From positions 64,001 to 128,000 of the forward strand of contig JBFWRP010000011.1 of assembly GCA_050248855.1 (NCBI GenBank): a stretch of DNA of 64,000 bases, written 5' to 3'. Of the stretch, positions 64,000-64,000 are shown piece by piece. Positions within the stretch are counted from its first letter, which is position 1, and each line of letters starts with the position of its first letter. The translations under genes were made by a program, and so were the position numbers. The notes under the pieces are model-generated. The model was not told where the DNA came from and searched no databases. It was given only the letters and a program-made list of their open reading frames with translations. Source of the stretch: Planctomycetota bacterium (lineage in GTDB: Bacteria; Planctomycetota; PLA2; JAEUHO01).

Positions 64000-64000
64000 G

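Overview
High-GC window, most likely from a Planctomycetota genome (EF-Tu carries the planctomycete-type [16 protein letters not shown] switch-I segment, and RpoC, L33 and the secreted HEAT proteins are planctomycete-like; this assignment is inference). Positions 1-30.3 kb on the minus strand hold the core transcription/translation supercluster: tRNA-Gly/Thr-tuf-rpmG-tRNA-Trp-secE-nusG-rplK-rplA-rplJ-rplL-rpoB-rpoC-rpsL-rpsG-fusA-S10 operon-start of spc operon. The cluster is unusually remodelled: (i) rplC is absent between rpsJ and rplD; (ii) a Zn-free rpsN, a thiol-dioxygenase cupin, a PLP aminotransferase and a ~0.9 kb palindromic repeat mosaic sit between rpsG and a divergent fusA; (iii) a secreted protein made of 11 PASTA domains splits rplK from rplA; (iv) a ~12 kb gene block separates tRNA-Tyr from tRNA-Gly. 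Positions 30-59 kb are metabolic and envelope genes: pyrE, HEAT proteins, an active HtrA-like protease plus a tandem pseudo-protease, a 2H phosphoesterase, an FMN glutamate-synthase-like protein, a Ser/Thr kinase, aroC, VWA/HEAT proteins, a C26 hydrolase, a GHMP kinase, a penicillin acylase-like protein, PMM/PGM, KdsD-like isomerase, a ComEC-DUF92 fusion and a radical SAM protein. The right end has tRNA-Lys and a divergent cbb3-like oxidase operon whose last gene is a multidomain cytochrome c. A structured intergenic repeat with a compensatory base-pair change occurs at three loci. No CRISPR array, integrase or transposase was seen. All calls come from reading motifs by eye; no database searches were run, and several start codons were adjusted from the ORF track.
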